A DNA stretch of 36,317 bases from an uncultured Clostridia bacterium. GTDB taxonomy: Bacteria > Bacillota > Clostridia > Christensenellales > Borkfalkiaceae. The stretch's first letter is position 1. Each line of letters starts with the position of its first letter. Of this stretch, positions 8,652 through 17,324 are shown one piece after another. The notes below the pieces were generated by a model. The model did not search any database. It worked only from the letters and a program-made list of their open reading frames with translations, and was not told the DNA's origin. The position numbers and the translations under genes were made by a program. The DNA lies in NCBI GenBank assembly GCA_964385865.1, contig CAYLQK010000001.1, positions 1 through 36,317 on the forward strand, in the 5' to 3' direction.

Positions 8652-9302
8652 CTATTGTTTGGAACAGTTTTTGCCCTGCGGATACAGCGGCAATTCGAAA
8701 AATCCTGCACAGACTTCCTGCGAAAAATCCTGTGCGGGAGGAATCGCGCAGTAGCCGTAACTCGGGACGAGGATTTCTACGTCAATGGCCACTTTCAGTA
8801 TAGTGGTCAGGCAAGCGTTTACGATAAATGTGCCGTCGCTGAACCGACCTTCCGCACAGACGGCGCTGACTTCGCTCGTAACCTTGTAAGGCATTATCGA
8901 GGGTGCCGGCACGAATAAAAGTACGTCCTGCGATACGCTGACGGAAGATTGGGCGACGCCCTCCACTCCGTTTGCGTCGGTATAAAGAACCTCTATCGGA
9001 ATAGTTATCGTAGCCTGAACCCTTGCGCAACCGGGCTTATCGCACAGCCTTTCAACGTTAAGATTGGTAATGACGCCCGTTGACGCCGTTGACCTTGCGC
9101 TTATAAAAGTCAAGGGATATGTAGGATCGGCAGGAAGCTGGTCTGTGAGTGTCAAGGCGTAATTTTCTAACTGAATCTGTTTGATGCAGGCATCGAATAT
9201 CTTTTGTGCCTGGATGCACACCTTTTCACACATTCCGTTTAACGGATTACCGCTTATAGAGCCGGGGCATTTATCCGATTGAAAATTGGAAAAAAATGAC
9301 AT
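8652..9302 (-). CDS. hypothetical cysteine-rich protein with no signal peptide
   Basis: 216-aa ORF behind a strong RBS (GGAGGTcaaaATG). It has 12 Cys, including C-x12-C-x3-C-x9-C at the N-terminus and CDKPGC. I recognise no family. Confidence 0.7.
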   Translation of the reverse strand: MSFFSNFQSDKCPGSISGNPLNGMCEKVCIQAQKIFDACIKQIQLENYALTLTDQLPADPTYPLTFISARSTASTGVITNLNVERLCDKPGCARVQATITIPIEVLYTDANGVEGVAQSSVSVSQDVLLFVPAPSIMPYKVTSEVSAVCAEGRFSDGTFIVNACLTTILKVAIDVEILVPSYGYCAIPPAQDFSQEVCAGFFELPLYPQGKNCSKQ

Positions 9303-9345
9303 TTTGACCTCCGTTATATTTTATATTACATTATATGCCACGCGG

Positions 9346-9627
9346 TTAATTTAACGGCACAAATAATTTACAGGTTGGGTATACGGGTTTAAAGCCGTTT
9401 ATCTCTTTTAGTTCGGTTTCATTCACGCCGAATTTCAACGCGATCGTACGATATGTATCCCCAACTTCCGCAACATAGTGCCTAAGGTTCTTTTCGCCGA
9501 CAAATATTATCCTGCCTGCAAAAATCTGACCTTGCACGGGAATATTGAATTCGTTTTCGATTTCCGCCGCGCCTTGCCGCCGCTTCACTCTGAAATATTT
9601 GCTTTTGTCCGTAATAAGCGTAAACAT
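9346..9627 (-). CDS. small LysM-domain protein with no signal peptide
   Basis: C-terminal LysM signature HYVAEVGDTYRTIALKFGVNETELKEINGF. 93 aa, lying 43 nt upstream of the Cys-rich ORF. Confidence 0.75.
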   Translation of the reverse strand: MFTLITDKSKYFRVKRRQGAAEIENEFNIPVQGQIFAGRIIFVGEKNLRHYVAEVGDTYRTIALKFGVNETELKEINGFKPVYPTCKLFVPLN

Positions 9628-9697
9628 TTTGTATATTATACGTTTTAGCCGACAAAAATGTTCATAATCCGACGCTAAAATTTGTAGAATATTGTTG

Positions 9698-11197
9698 ATG
9701 AAACCGAATATTTACAAGTCGGCGGCGCAAGTTACCGTATTTTCAACAATCGAAAAAGCATTGAGTTTCGTGTACAGGATAATACTATCGCGCGTAATAG
9801 GCGCGGAAGGTTTAGGCATTTATCAGATTTGCCTCTCTGTTTTTGCCGTATTTTTGACCGCAGCATCAAGCGGCGTTCCCGTAACGGTTTCCAGACTTAT
9901 GGCAAAAAGTAACGCCGTAGGAGATATACGCAGCAAAAACGCAGCCGTAACCGCGGGGGTCATTGCCACCCTTATAGTAACCATTCCTATGGCGGTTGTT
10001 CTGTTTTTGGGAAGGAACGCTTTCGGATTTCTCTTTTCGGACGAGAGGTGTAAAGATATCTTTCTGATTCTTTTACCGGGGCTGATACTGACGTCGATTT
10101 ACGCGGTTATGCGCGGCTCCTTTTGGGGTTCGAAACAATTTCTGCCGTACAGCATTATAGAGCTTCTCGAAGACGCAGTTATGGTCGGCGTCGGCTGCGT
10201 ACTTATATCCGGCATACAGGACCCCGTGCTCGGCGCCAAGAGGGCAACCGTGGCAGTTCTCGTCTCATATGTGTTTTCCTTCGTCGTCTCTATTATTTGG
10301 TATCTCCATAAAGGCGGTAAATTCGTCAACCCGAAGAGACAGCTAAAGCCCCTCTTCGCTTCGTCGTTGCCCATAACCGCAATGCGTACGTCTACCTCTC
10401 TGATCAATTCGGCCGTCGCGGTTTTACTGCCCATTCTGCTGATGAAGACTTACAACCTCACCAATTCGGAAGCTATCAGTCTCTACGGCATCGCCATAGG
10501 AATGAGCTTGCCAATTCTGTTTATTCCCTCGTCTTTAATCGGTTCTATCTCCGTCGTCGTCGCTCCCGAGCTTTCGGAAAATTATTATAAGAAAAAAACG
10601 GATAGGGTAAGATTCGACATAGAGAAATCGGTTAAGGCAGCCATATTCATCGCCGCCTTACTTATACCTATGCTGTCCGTGCTAGGCGACGAAATAGGCG
10701 AGTTCCTCTATTCCAACAGGCTGAGCGGCGAAATCGTACAGAATTGCTCCTTTATCCTTCTGCCGATGTGCATAACGATGATAACCACTACGATTTTAAA
10801 CTCGATGAACTGCGAGAGGAAGACTCTCCTTTTCTACCTTTTGGGCGCCGCCGTAATGCTGACAAGCATTCTTACCTTGACTCATTTTATAGGCGTATAT
10901 TCCTATCTTATCGGCCTTGCCGCAAGCTTTCTGATTTCGGGAGTGCTGAACCTGAGACTCTTGAAAAAATTGTGCCCCGGCATCAAATTTTTAAAGTATA
11001 CGCTACACGCTATTGCCGTGACAGGCGTATCCTGCGTTTTTGGCAGACTTCTCGACGGCATAATAAGCTGTTACGTTTCCACCCTTTGGCAGATAGTCAT
11101 CTGCACGCCCGTTTGTCTTGCGTTTACCGCCGCAGCGCTGTACTGCTTAGAAATGTTTACCCTGCGCCCCCTCAAAAGGCTCATTTCGAAAAACTGA
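9698..11197 (+). CDS. MOP-superfamily flippase, SpoVB/MurJ-like (polysaccharide biosynthesis protein)
   Basis: About 14 predicted TM helices. The N-terminus (SAAQVTVFSTIEKALSFVYRIILSRVIGAEGLGIYQ) is typical of SpoVB-family proteins. The track ORF starts at TTG 9692; the first ATG is at 9698. Confidence 0.85.
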   Translation: MKPNIYKSAAQVTVFSTIEKALSFVYRIILSRVIGAEGLGIYQICLSVFAVFLTAASSGVPVTVSRLMAKSNAVGDIRSKNAAVTAGVIATLIVTIPMAVVLFLGRNAFGFLFSDERCKDIFLILLPGLILTSIYAVMRGSFWGSKQFLPYSIIELLEDAVMVGVGCVLISGIQDPVLGAKRATVAVLVSYVFSFVVSIIWYLHKGGKFVNPKRQLKPLFASSLPITAMRTSTSLINSAVAVLLPILLMKTYNLTNSEAISLYGIAIGMSLPILFIPSSLIGSISVVVAPELSENYYKKKTDRVRFDIEKSVKAAIFIAALLIPMLSVLGDEIGEFLYSNRLSGEIVQNCSFILLPMCITMITTTILNSMNCERKTLLFYLLGAAVMLTSILTLTHFIGVYSYLIGLAASFLISGVLNLRLLKKLCPGIKFLKYTLHAIAVTGVSCVFGRLLDGIISCYVSTLWQIVICTPVCLAFTAAALYCLEMFTLRPLKRLISKN

Positions 11198-11552
11198 CCT
11201 TTGCGTCCAACAGCAGCTTTGCGGCAAGCGCAACCAAAAACGCCCCAAACAGTTTTTTCAGCGCTACCGACGGCAACATTGCGGCTATAAATCCTGCCCC
11301 TACCGATACTATAAGGGCAGGGATAACTATACCCGTCAGACCTTCCGATTTCAACAATCCGTTATCTTTGTGGATTTTCAGCGTAAACGCAGCCATCGGA
11401 AGAAAGGCGATTAGGTTAGTCGCCTGCGCGACGTGCTGTTCCACCCCGAAAAAGATAGTCAGGGCAGGGATAAGAATAGTGCCGCCGCCCATTCCCATTC
11501 CGCCCAACAGACCCGAGAAAAACCCCGCGACGAGAAATATTATAAAGCTCAC
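11181..11552 (-). CDS. TSUP (TauE/SafE) family half-size membrane protein, second half
   Basis: 123 aa, about 4 TM helices, glycine-rich GLLGGMGMGGGT motif. ATGA-type 4-nt overlap with the upstream half. Confidence 0.8.
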   Translation of the reverse strand: MSFIIFLVAGFFSGLLGGMGMGGGTILIPALTIFFGVEQHVAQATNLIAFLPMAAFTLKIHKDNGLLKSEGLTGIVIPALIVSVGAGFIAAMLPSVALKKLFGAFLVALAAKLLLDAKVSFSK

Positions 11553-11926
11553 GAAATTATCATCCTTATACCTGCCGCAAACATAAGGGCGATAAAAATA
11601 AAATTCAACAGCGTTTTAGGACATTTCTCAAGGAAAAAAGCCCCGACAAAACCGCCTGCAACCGTACCTATGGCTGCAGGTATTAATACGTCAGGCACAA
11701 CGTAACCGTTAATTATATACACTATCGCACTTGCGGCGCAAACGGGAGCGATAACGAAAATCGCCGTTGCGTGCGCCTGTTTATCTTCATAACCGAGCAT
11801 TCCGCGCAGCAGCGGCACGGCAACCATTCCGCCACCGCCGCCGAACAGTCCGTTGATTATTCCCGTCAGCGCTCCGGCAAGCGTTCTTTTTAAATTTTTC
11901 CCGTTTAAAAATGCAGCTTTATCCAT
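11549..11926 (-). CDS. TSUP (TauE/SafE) family half-size membrane protein, first half
   Basis: 125 aa, about 4 TM helices, GLFGGGGGM motif. Confidence 0.8.
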   Translation of the reverse strand: MDKAAFLNGKNLKRTLAGALTGIINGLFGGGGGMVAVPLLRGMLGYEDKQAHATAIFVIAPVCAASAIVYIINGYVVPDVLIPAAIGTVAGGFVGAFFLEKCPKTLLNFIFIALMFAAGIRMIIS

Positions 11927-12063
11927 TTATTATAATCAGTTTTTGCAATTATGGCAAAAATAATAAAATTTTTTTGTCCGAATTAAGCGATAAATGCTTG
12001 ATTATAATCGTCAATTATATTAAAATATTAAGGTACGATTATTTATTAAGGATAATGTAATTT

Positions 12064-15000
12064 ATGGTAAAAAACTACTCAAAGAAAGGCAAATTTAAAT
12101 ACGTTATGCTTGCGCTTGCGTGCACCGCTACTTTTTCAATGGCGGCCTGCTCCACTTCAAGCGATAACGGCGATACCGATAAGAAGACGTCAAAAGAAGA
12201 TACTCAGCTTCTTAAAAACGGCAATTTCGAATTTTTCGATATACCCGACGACGCCGTATATCTTATCAAGACTCCCTTAAACTGGACACACGGCGGCACC
12301 TCCTCTTACACTATGTCGGGCATTATAAGTACTTCGGAAAAGGGCTGGCAAGCTTTAACCGCCGAAGACCTTGCCGACACTTTGGACTACAATAACGATC
12401 TTGATTCAAGTTCAAGCACTTACGAAGACGAATACGTTGACTATAACGGAATGAAGTCGAGCGATATTCTATATAAGGATACTTACACCGCCCTTAACGA
12501 CAGCGAAAGCGAAGGCGCGCTTGACCTTATAGATAATCCCGGGACTCATTACGACGTATCGCTTGACGAGACGGGCAATCCCTATTACGTCGACGAAGAC
12601 GGCAACAAAGTTACCGTCTATGTAAACGAAGACGACGATTACTTCCTTGACGAAGATTTTAAGCAGGGTATATCAAATATCCTTATGCTGCACAACTATT
12701 CTTCGTCCGCTCATAACGGTATCGCACAGAATTATTCTTCGACGAGCATAGAATTACCCGCCAATACGGCTGCCGAGATATCCGTTTGGGTCAAGACCAC
12801 AGGTCTTAAATTTAACAACGGCACGGACGTATCACAGGACCACGGCGCAAGCATTACCGTAACGCAGACCGTAGGCAGCACCACTCTCGATGATTTTGCG
12901 ATAACTTGCATCAACACCGAAAAACTTATCGGCGAAGACGACGACGCATATAACGGCTGGGTAGAATATACCGTTTACGTAAACGCCTGCGATTTCGCAT
13001 CGACGACCATCACGTTGAAACTCGGTCTCGGCGACAGCGACAATCCCGTTGAAGGCTACGCCTTCTTCGACGACGTTAACGTAACGAAATATATATCGCT
13101 CGACGACGCTGATTGTTCCTATACTCAAAACAAAGACTTAATCGGTAACGCTTACTGCACTCTTTCAAGCGACGAAAGCGAGAAGATTTTCAAAGCCGAC
13201 AGCTACGAGCGCAACGGCGGTGAAATTTCAGACGAGCGCTATTCGAACAACTATTATTATCTGCTCGACCTCGCTTCAGAGAGCGATTACGTCCCCGTTA
13301 CGTTTGAAAACGTTTCCGCAGGACTTACGGTAGACGCCGATAATTACGTTTCAGCAAATTCTTTCGACGGCAAGCTTATCGGCATAAGCGAAGCAACACA
13401 ATCGGCCAATGAAACCAGATTGCCCAAAGATTTCACCGCTCTTAACACGTCGAACGATCTGCTTGCGTTTGTCAAGGCAGGCTACACATTTAGTTCGTCT
13501 CAGACTATCTATTACGAAAAACTGAACAACGCGCTTTCAAGTGCGGCAAACTTACCCGGACTTAACGGCAGTACCGACAACAACCTGCTTGTAATGCTTT
13601 CAGCATACGGCGCCGCATACACCTCCTCCTTCGAAATAACTGTTGAGGTTAGCGGTTATAAGATAATTTCGTTCTGGGTCAAGACATCCGATATGAGCGG
13701 CGGCACCGCGGCAACGGTTACGTTGACCGACACTGCCGACAAAGATAATACGGCGGTAATAACTTTAGATACTACCGGCGTGGTAACGGATATTGACGAC
13801 GACAACAAAGATATCTATGACGGCTGGGTACAATGTTTCTTCTTCATTAACAATGAAACCACCGAATCGAAGACTTTGACGGTAGATTTCAGCATCGGCA
13901 ACACGACGATAAAGGATACAACAGTAAGCAGCTATAAGGCAGGATGGGTTGCTATCGCCAATATGCAGTCCCTCGACGTCGATGAAGATACGTTTGCATA
14001 TACCGGCAGCGGCACTTACACCTCTTCCCTCACGCTGAGCGAGGAAAGTGAGAAAAAGACAAGCGTATTCGACGAAGCATACGGCAGTCAGGCTAATCAG
14101 ATCAAGACCGACATTGTCAATCCCTCGTCTTATACGGGCGTTAACGGCGGAAGTTCTTCTATAGTGAACAACGGAAGCATTAGCTTGCCCTACGACGATA
14201 TAAACACTAACTCAAACGCAGGTCTTATAAATAAAGACTATTTTGAAAATTATTCCGCACAGAGCTGGTACAACACACTGCTCGACAGCTTCAACGTAAG
14301 CACGACAGACGCGTTGACTGCCTGGAACGAAATTTTCGGATCCGCTTCCATACAGCCTCTCATAATCGTCAACGAGATAAGAGACTATACGGACGCAAAA
14401 GCAATCAATTACGGCTTTATCAGCGAAACCAAGACTGCCTCCGTAAACAGTTACTCGACCGTAAGCGTAAGAGTCAAGGTCAGCGAAGGCGCTGTGGCTT
14501 ACATTTATCTTGTAGACACGTCGGCATCGAAGAACGTCCTTACGTTCAGTACCCCTTCCTACTCGTTCTACTACGATGAAGACGGTAACGTTCTCAAATC
14601 CGAACCCGACGCAGACGCAAATTATATTCAGAAACGCGAAAACATTCTCTATACTCTCCGCGACGACGGACTTTATGAGGATGCCGGTGGAACACTTTAT
14701 GCGAACATTTGGAATTACTCAAAGGTTTATTACGACGAGTCCGTAGATTACTATGATGCGGACGGCAATAATATAAACTTCGAAGATCTCGTCGACGGCA
14801 ATACCTATTATTTAGATAACGCCGGCAAGACCGAGGCAAATCATTATCTCGTTACTTCCGACAGCGTTAAAGTATATCAGTATATAGAAGGCTCTTACTA
14901 CTATTTGGTAGAAGGCGTAGCAGCCGATAAGGTTGAACCTTTCGACCGTCAGTATGCAAGGTACGATTATTCAAATCTCTCCGAAGAATATGCAGTAAAG

Positions 15001-15906
15001 ATCGAAGGCACGGCGGAAAATGCAGGCAAGTGGATAACGGTCAACTTCGTAATTCTTGCAGGTAGCGAAAGCAAGAGTTACCGTCTCGAGCTTTGGAGCG
15101 GTTCGCGCGAAAGCAGCGGCGTCGATGAAAACGGCAACCCTACCGAAGTCAGCGAAGGCAGCGTGGTAATCTTCGATTACAGCTACACTTCTGTTTCCGA
15201 CGATACGCTGAAGAGCGCTTATGAAAGCGAAATTATCGCGGCTTATCAAAAGGTTCTTGCAGCCAATAATCTGTTGAGCGATATCGCGTCCATCTCCGAA
15301 AATATCGATTACTACAAAAATCTTGTCGACGGTTACATTGCAGAGGGCAAGCTCAGTCAGAGCGATCTCGACGAATACGAAATCCTCAACAACTACGTTG
15401 CTCATTACTATACGTATTCACTGTATGATTCGGCAAGCTTCCAGCCGTACAACAAGAATACCGCCGACGAAAACACAACCGGCTACGATTACTCGGTAAA
15501 CGATTATTCCGAAACGCTTGCTTACCTTTCAATTAAAGACGACGACAGCTATACGATTTTCGCGGACTATTCGACGGTAGATCAGGATATCAGCATCGAT
15601 ACCGATGATGACGACGACTCGGATACCGATACCACAACCACCAGCGATACCTCAATTTGGTTACTCGCGTCGTCTATCGTTCTCGTAATCGTACTGCTGT
15701 TCACGCTCCTCTCTATCCTTATCAGAGATTTCATAAAGAAATCGGGTCATAAGAAAACGTTGGGCAAGAACGTTTACAATCAGCAGAAACAGAACCGTTA
15801 TATCAGAAAACTTCGTATCAACGAACAGAAATCAGAAGAAGTTGACGATAATTCCGACAATGAAGAATCCGAAAACGAAGAAAATTCTGACGAAGATAAC
15901 GAGTAA
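12064..15906 (+). CDS. 1280-aa uncharacterised cell-surface protein: lipoprotein signal, three CBM-like beta-sandwich modules, C-terminal TM helix and acidic tail
   Basis: Signal peptide with lipobox-like FSMAAC. Three modules recur with the pattern x-SVWVKT / SFWVKT / SVRVKV ... GWV/KWI ... tolerant beta strands ... FFDD / IFD. The TM helix is IWLLASSIVLVIVLLFTLLSILI, followed by a K/R-rich stretch and then EEVDDNSDNEESENEENSDEDNE. Confidence 0.85.
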   Translation: MVKNYSKKGKFKYVMLALACTATFSMAACSTSSDNGDTDKKTSKEDTQLLKNGNFEFFDIPDDAVYLIKTPLNWTHGGTSSYTMSGIISTSEKGWQALTAEDLADTLDYNNDLDSSSSTYEDEYVDYNGMKSSDILYKDTYTALNDSESEGALDLIDNPGTHYDVSLDETGNPYYVDEDGNKVTVYVNEDDDYFLDEDFKQGISNILMLHNYSSSAHNGIAQNYSSTSIELPANTAAEISVWVKTTGLKFNNGTDVSQDHGASITVTQTVGSTTLDDFAITCINTEKLIGEDDDAYNGWVEYTVYVNACDFASTTITLKLGLGDSDNPVEGYAFFDDVNVTKYISLDDADCSYTQNKDLIGNAYCTLSSDESEKIFKADSYERNGGEISDERYSNNYYYLLDLASESDYVPVTFENVSAGLTVDADNYVSANSFDGKLIGISEATQSANETRLPKDFTALNTSNDLLAFVKAGYTFSSSQTIYYEKLNNALSSAANLPGLNGSTDNNLLVMLSAYGAAYTSSFEITVEVSGYKIISFWVKTSDMSGGTAATVTLTDTADKDNTAVITLDTTGVVTDIDDDNKDIYDGWVQCFFFINNETTESKTLTVDFSIGNTTIKDTTVSSYKAGWVAIANMQSLDVDEDTFAYTGSGTYTSSLTLSEESEKKTSVFDEAYGSQANQIKTDIVNPSSYTGVNGGSSSIVNNGSISLPYDDINTNSNAGLINKDYFENYSAQSWYNTLLDSFNVSTTDALTAWNEIFGSASIQPLIIVNEIRDYTDAKAINYGFISETKTASVNSYSTVSVRVKVSEGAVAYIYLVDTSASKNVLTFSTPSYSFYYDEDGNVLKSEPDADANYIQKRENILYTLRDDGLYEDAGGTLYANIWNYSKVYYDESVDYYDADGNNINFEDLVDGNTYYLDNAGKTEANHYLVTSDSVKVYQYIEGSYYYLVEGVAADKVEPFDRQYARYDYSNLSEEYAVKIEGTAENAGKWITVNFVILAGSESKSYRLELWSGSRESSGVDENGNPTEVSEGSVVIFDYSYTSVSDDTLKSAYESEIIAAYQKVLAANNLLSDIASISENIDYYKNLVDGYIAEGKLSQSDLDEYEILNNYVAHYYTYSLYDSASFQPYNKNTADENTTGYDYSVNDYSETLAYLSIKDDDSYTIFADYSTVDQDISIDTDDDDDSDTDTTTTSDTSIWLLASSIVLVIVLLFTLLSILIRDFIKKSGHKKTLGKNVYNQQKQNRYIRKLRINEQKSEEVDDNSDNEESENEENSDEDNE

Positions 15907-15918
15907 AAATCAGAATAT

Positions 15919-15951
15919 AAAAGACACCCCGTAAACTACGGAGTGTCTTTT
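15919..15951. terminator. bidirectional intrinsic terminator
   Basis: AAAAGACACCCCGTA-aac-TACGGAGTGTCTTTT, with A/T runs on both sides, between the convergent 1280-aa gene and spoVAC. Confidence 0.85.
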
Positions 15952-15953
15952 AT

Positions 15954-16403
15954 TTATAGAAAATAATATATAAGTCCGACAAGTACGCCTGAAAATACGC
16001 CGAACACGACTATAGCGCCGGCAACCGTAAACATCTTTGCCGCCATTCCGTAAATCCAACCTTCCGTCTTGAACTCTATAGCAGGCGAAGTTACGCTGTT
16101 TGCAAAACCCGTAATGGGAACTATGGACCCGGCTCCCGCATATCTTCCTATTCTGTCGTAAACGCCTAAACCCGTAAGAAAACAGCCTAAAAATATGAGT
16201 ATTATAGAAGTACAGCCGGCAAGCTCGTCGCCCGTAAGTCCGGCATACCCGAGCATAAATCTTATAAACTGACCTATGCAACATATAAGTCCGCCGACGC
16301 CGAAAGCCGCAAGACAGTTTTTGAAGTGCTTAGTCGGCGGATCCTGAGTTTTTACATAGTTGAGATAATTTTCGTTATAATTGTCCCTTGTTTTGCCTGT
16401 CAT
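15954..16403 (-). CDS. spoVAC: stage V sporulation protein AC (SpoVAC/SpoVAEB family)
   Basis: 149 aa. The N-terminal Y..YVK..PP....NCL.AF.VGGLIC.IGQ pattern and 4 TM helices match SpoVAC. Confidence 0.85.
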   Translation of the reverse strand: MTGKTRDNYNENYLNYVKTQDPPTKHFKNCLAAFGVGGLICCIGQFIRFMLGYAGLTGDELAGCTSIILIFLGCFLTGLGVYDRIGRYAGAGSIVPITGFANSVTSPAIEFKTEGWIYGMAAKMFTVAGAIVVFGVFSGVLVGLIYYFL

Positions 16404-16478
16404 TCTTTACACTTTCCCCTTTTCCGCCTTTTATCAGGCTTTCGCGCTCGTCGCGACGCGATAAATCATAATCTTTTC

Positions 16479-17270
16479 TCATTGTCTGTACGTCCTGTCA
16501 TTGAAATATAAGGTAACCTTTTCGGGTATAATATGAGAAAATATCCGATATGCCGAGTTTTTTAAACCGCTTGCCTTAACCACGGGCGGGTTGTCCGAGA
16601 TGAGAATATCGCAAATATCTTCCGCAACTGCTTCGGGCGACATTCCGTTCTGCTCCATTTCCGACAAAGCCATAACGGCTTTATCTACGCTCGGCGCATA
16701 AGTCTTATTTTCGTCGGTGGAATAAACTTTTCTCTTGAAAGTGAACGCCGTCTTGGTTCCCCCCGGAAGAAGTGCGGTTACCTTAATACCGTATGGTTTC
16801 AATTCCATATACGCTTCCCTTACAAGCATCTCAAGAGCGGCTTTTGAAGCCGAATAAAACGAATCGTACAAGATAGGAATATCTCCGCCCAGAGAACCTA
16901 TAAGTATAATCCGACCGCCCCGTTCTTTCATAAAAGGTATCGCCGCTTGCATCGCTTTAAGCGCACCGAAGAAATTTACGTCGAAAAGATAGCGGTAATC
17001 GCTCTCTTTTGCGTATTCTATCGGCGCCGCCATAGAAAAACCCGCGCTGTATATCAACGCGTCAATCCCGTACTTTTTACCCGAAGAATGGATAGTATTC
17101 TCCAAATTACCGTCCGCCACGTCGGCAATGATGTTTTTGACGTTGCGGATTTTACAGGGTGTACGGGAAATATTGATGACGTTCCAGCCGCCGTCGATAA
17201 TTTTTGCGCAGACGGCGCAGCCTATACCCGAACTTCCGCCCACAATTATTGCGGTCGATTTGTTTTTCAT
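16479..17270 (-). CDS. SDR-family oxidoreductase
   Basis: GGSSGIG cofactor motif and YSASKAAL catalytic YxxxK. Confidence 0.85.
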   Translation of the reverse strand: MKNKSTAIIVGGSSGIGCAVCAKIIDGGWNVINISRTPCKIRNVKNIIADVADGNLENTIHSSGKKYGIDALIYSAGFSMAAPIEYAKESDYRYLFDVNFFGALKAMQAAIPFMKERGGRIILIGSLGGDIPILYDSFYSASKAALEMLVREAYMELKPYGIKVTALLPGGTKTAFTFKRKVYSTDENKTYAPSVDKAVMALSEMEQNGMSPEAVAEDICDILISDNPPVVKASGLKNSAYRIFSHIIPEKVTLYFNDRTYRQ

Positions 17271-17324
17271 ATAATTATATTGCGGAAAACGGCTTTAAAT
17301 ATTCAATCTTTATATCATTAAATT

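Noticed and set aside
10744-11586. 280-aa plus-strand ORF overlapping the 3' end of the flippase gene and lying antisense to the TSUP genes.
   Set aside because: The R/P/S-rich translation is nonsensical. It is out of frame or antisense to ORFs that have clear family signatures, so it is a typical shadow ORF.
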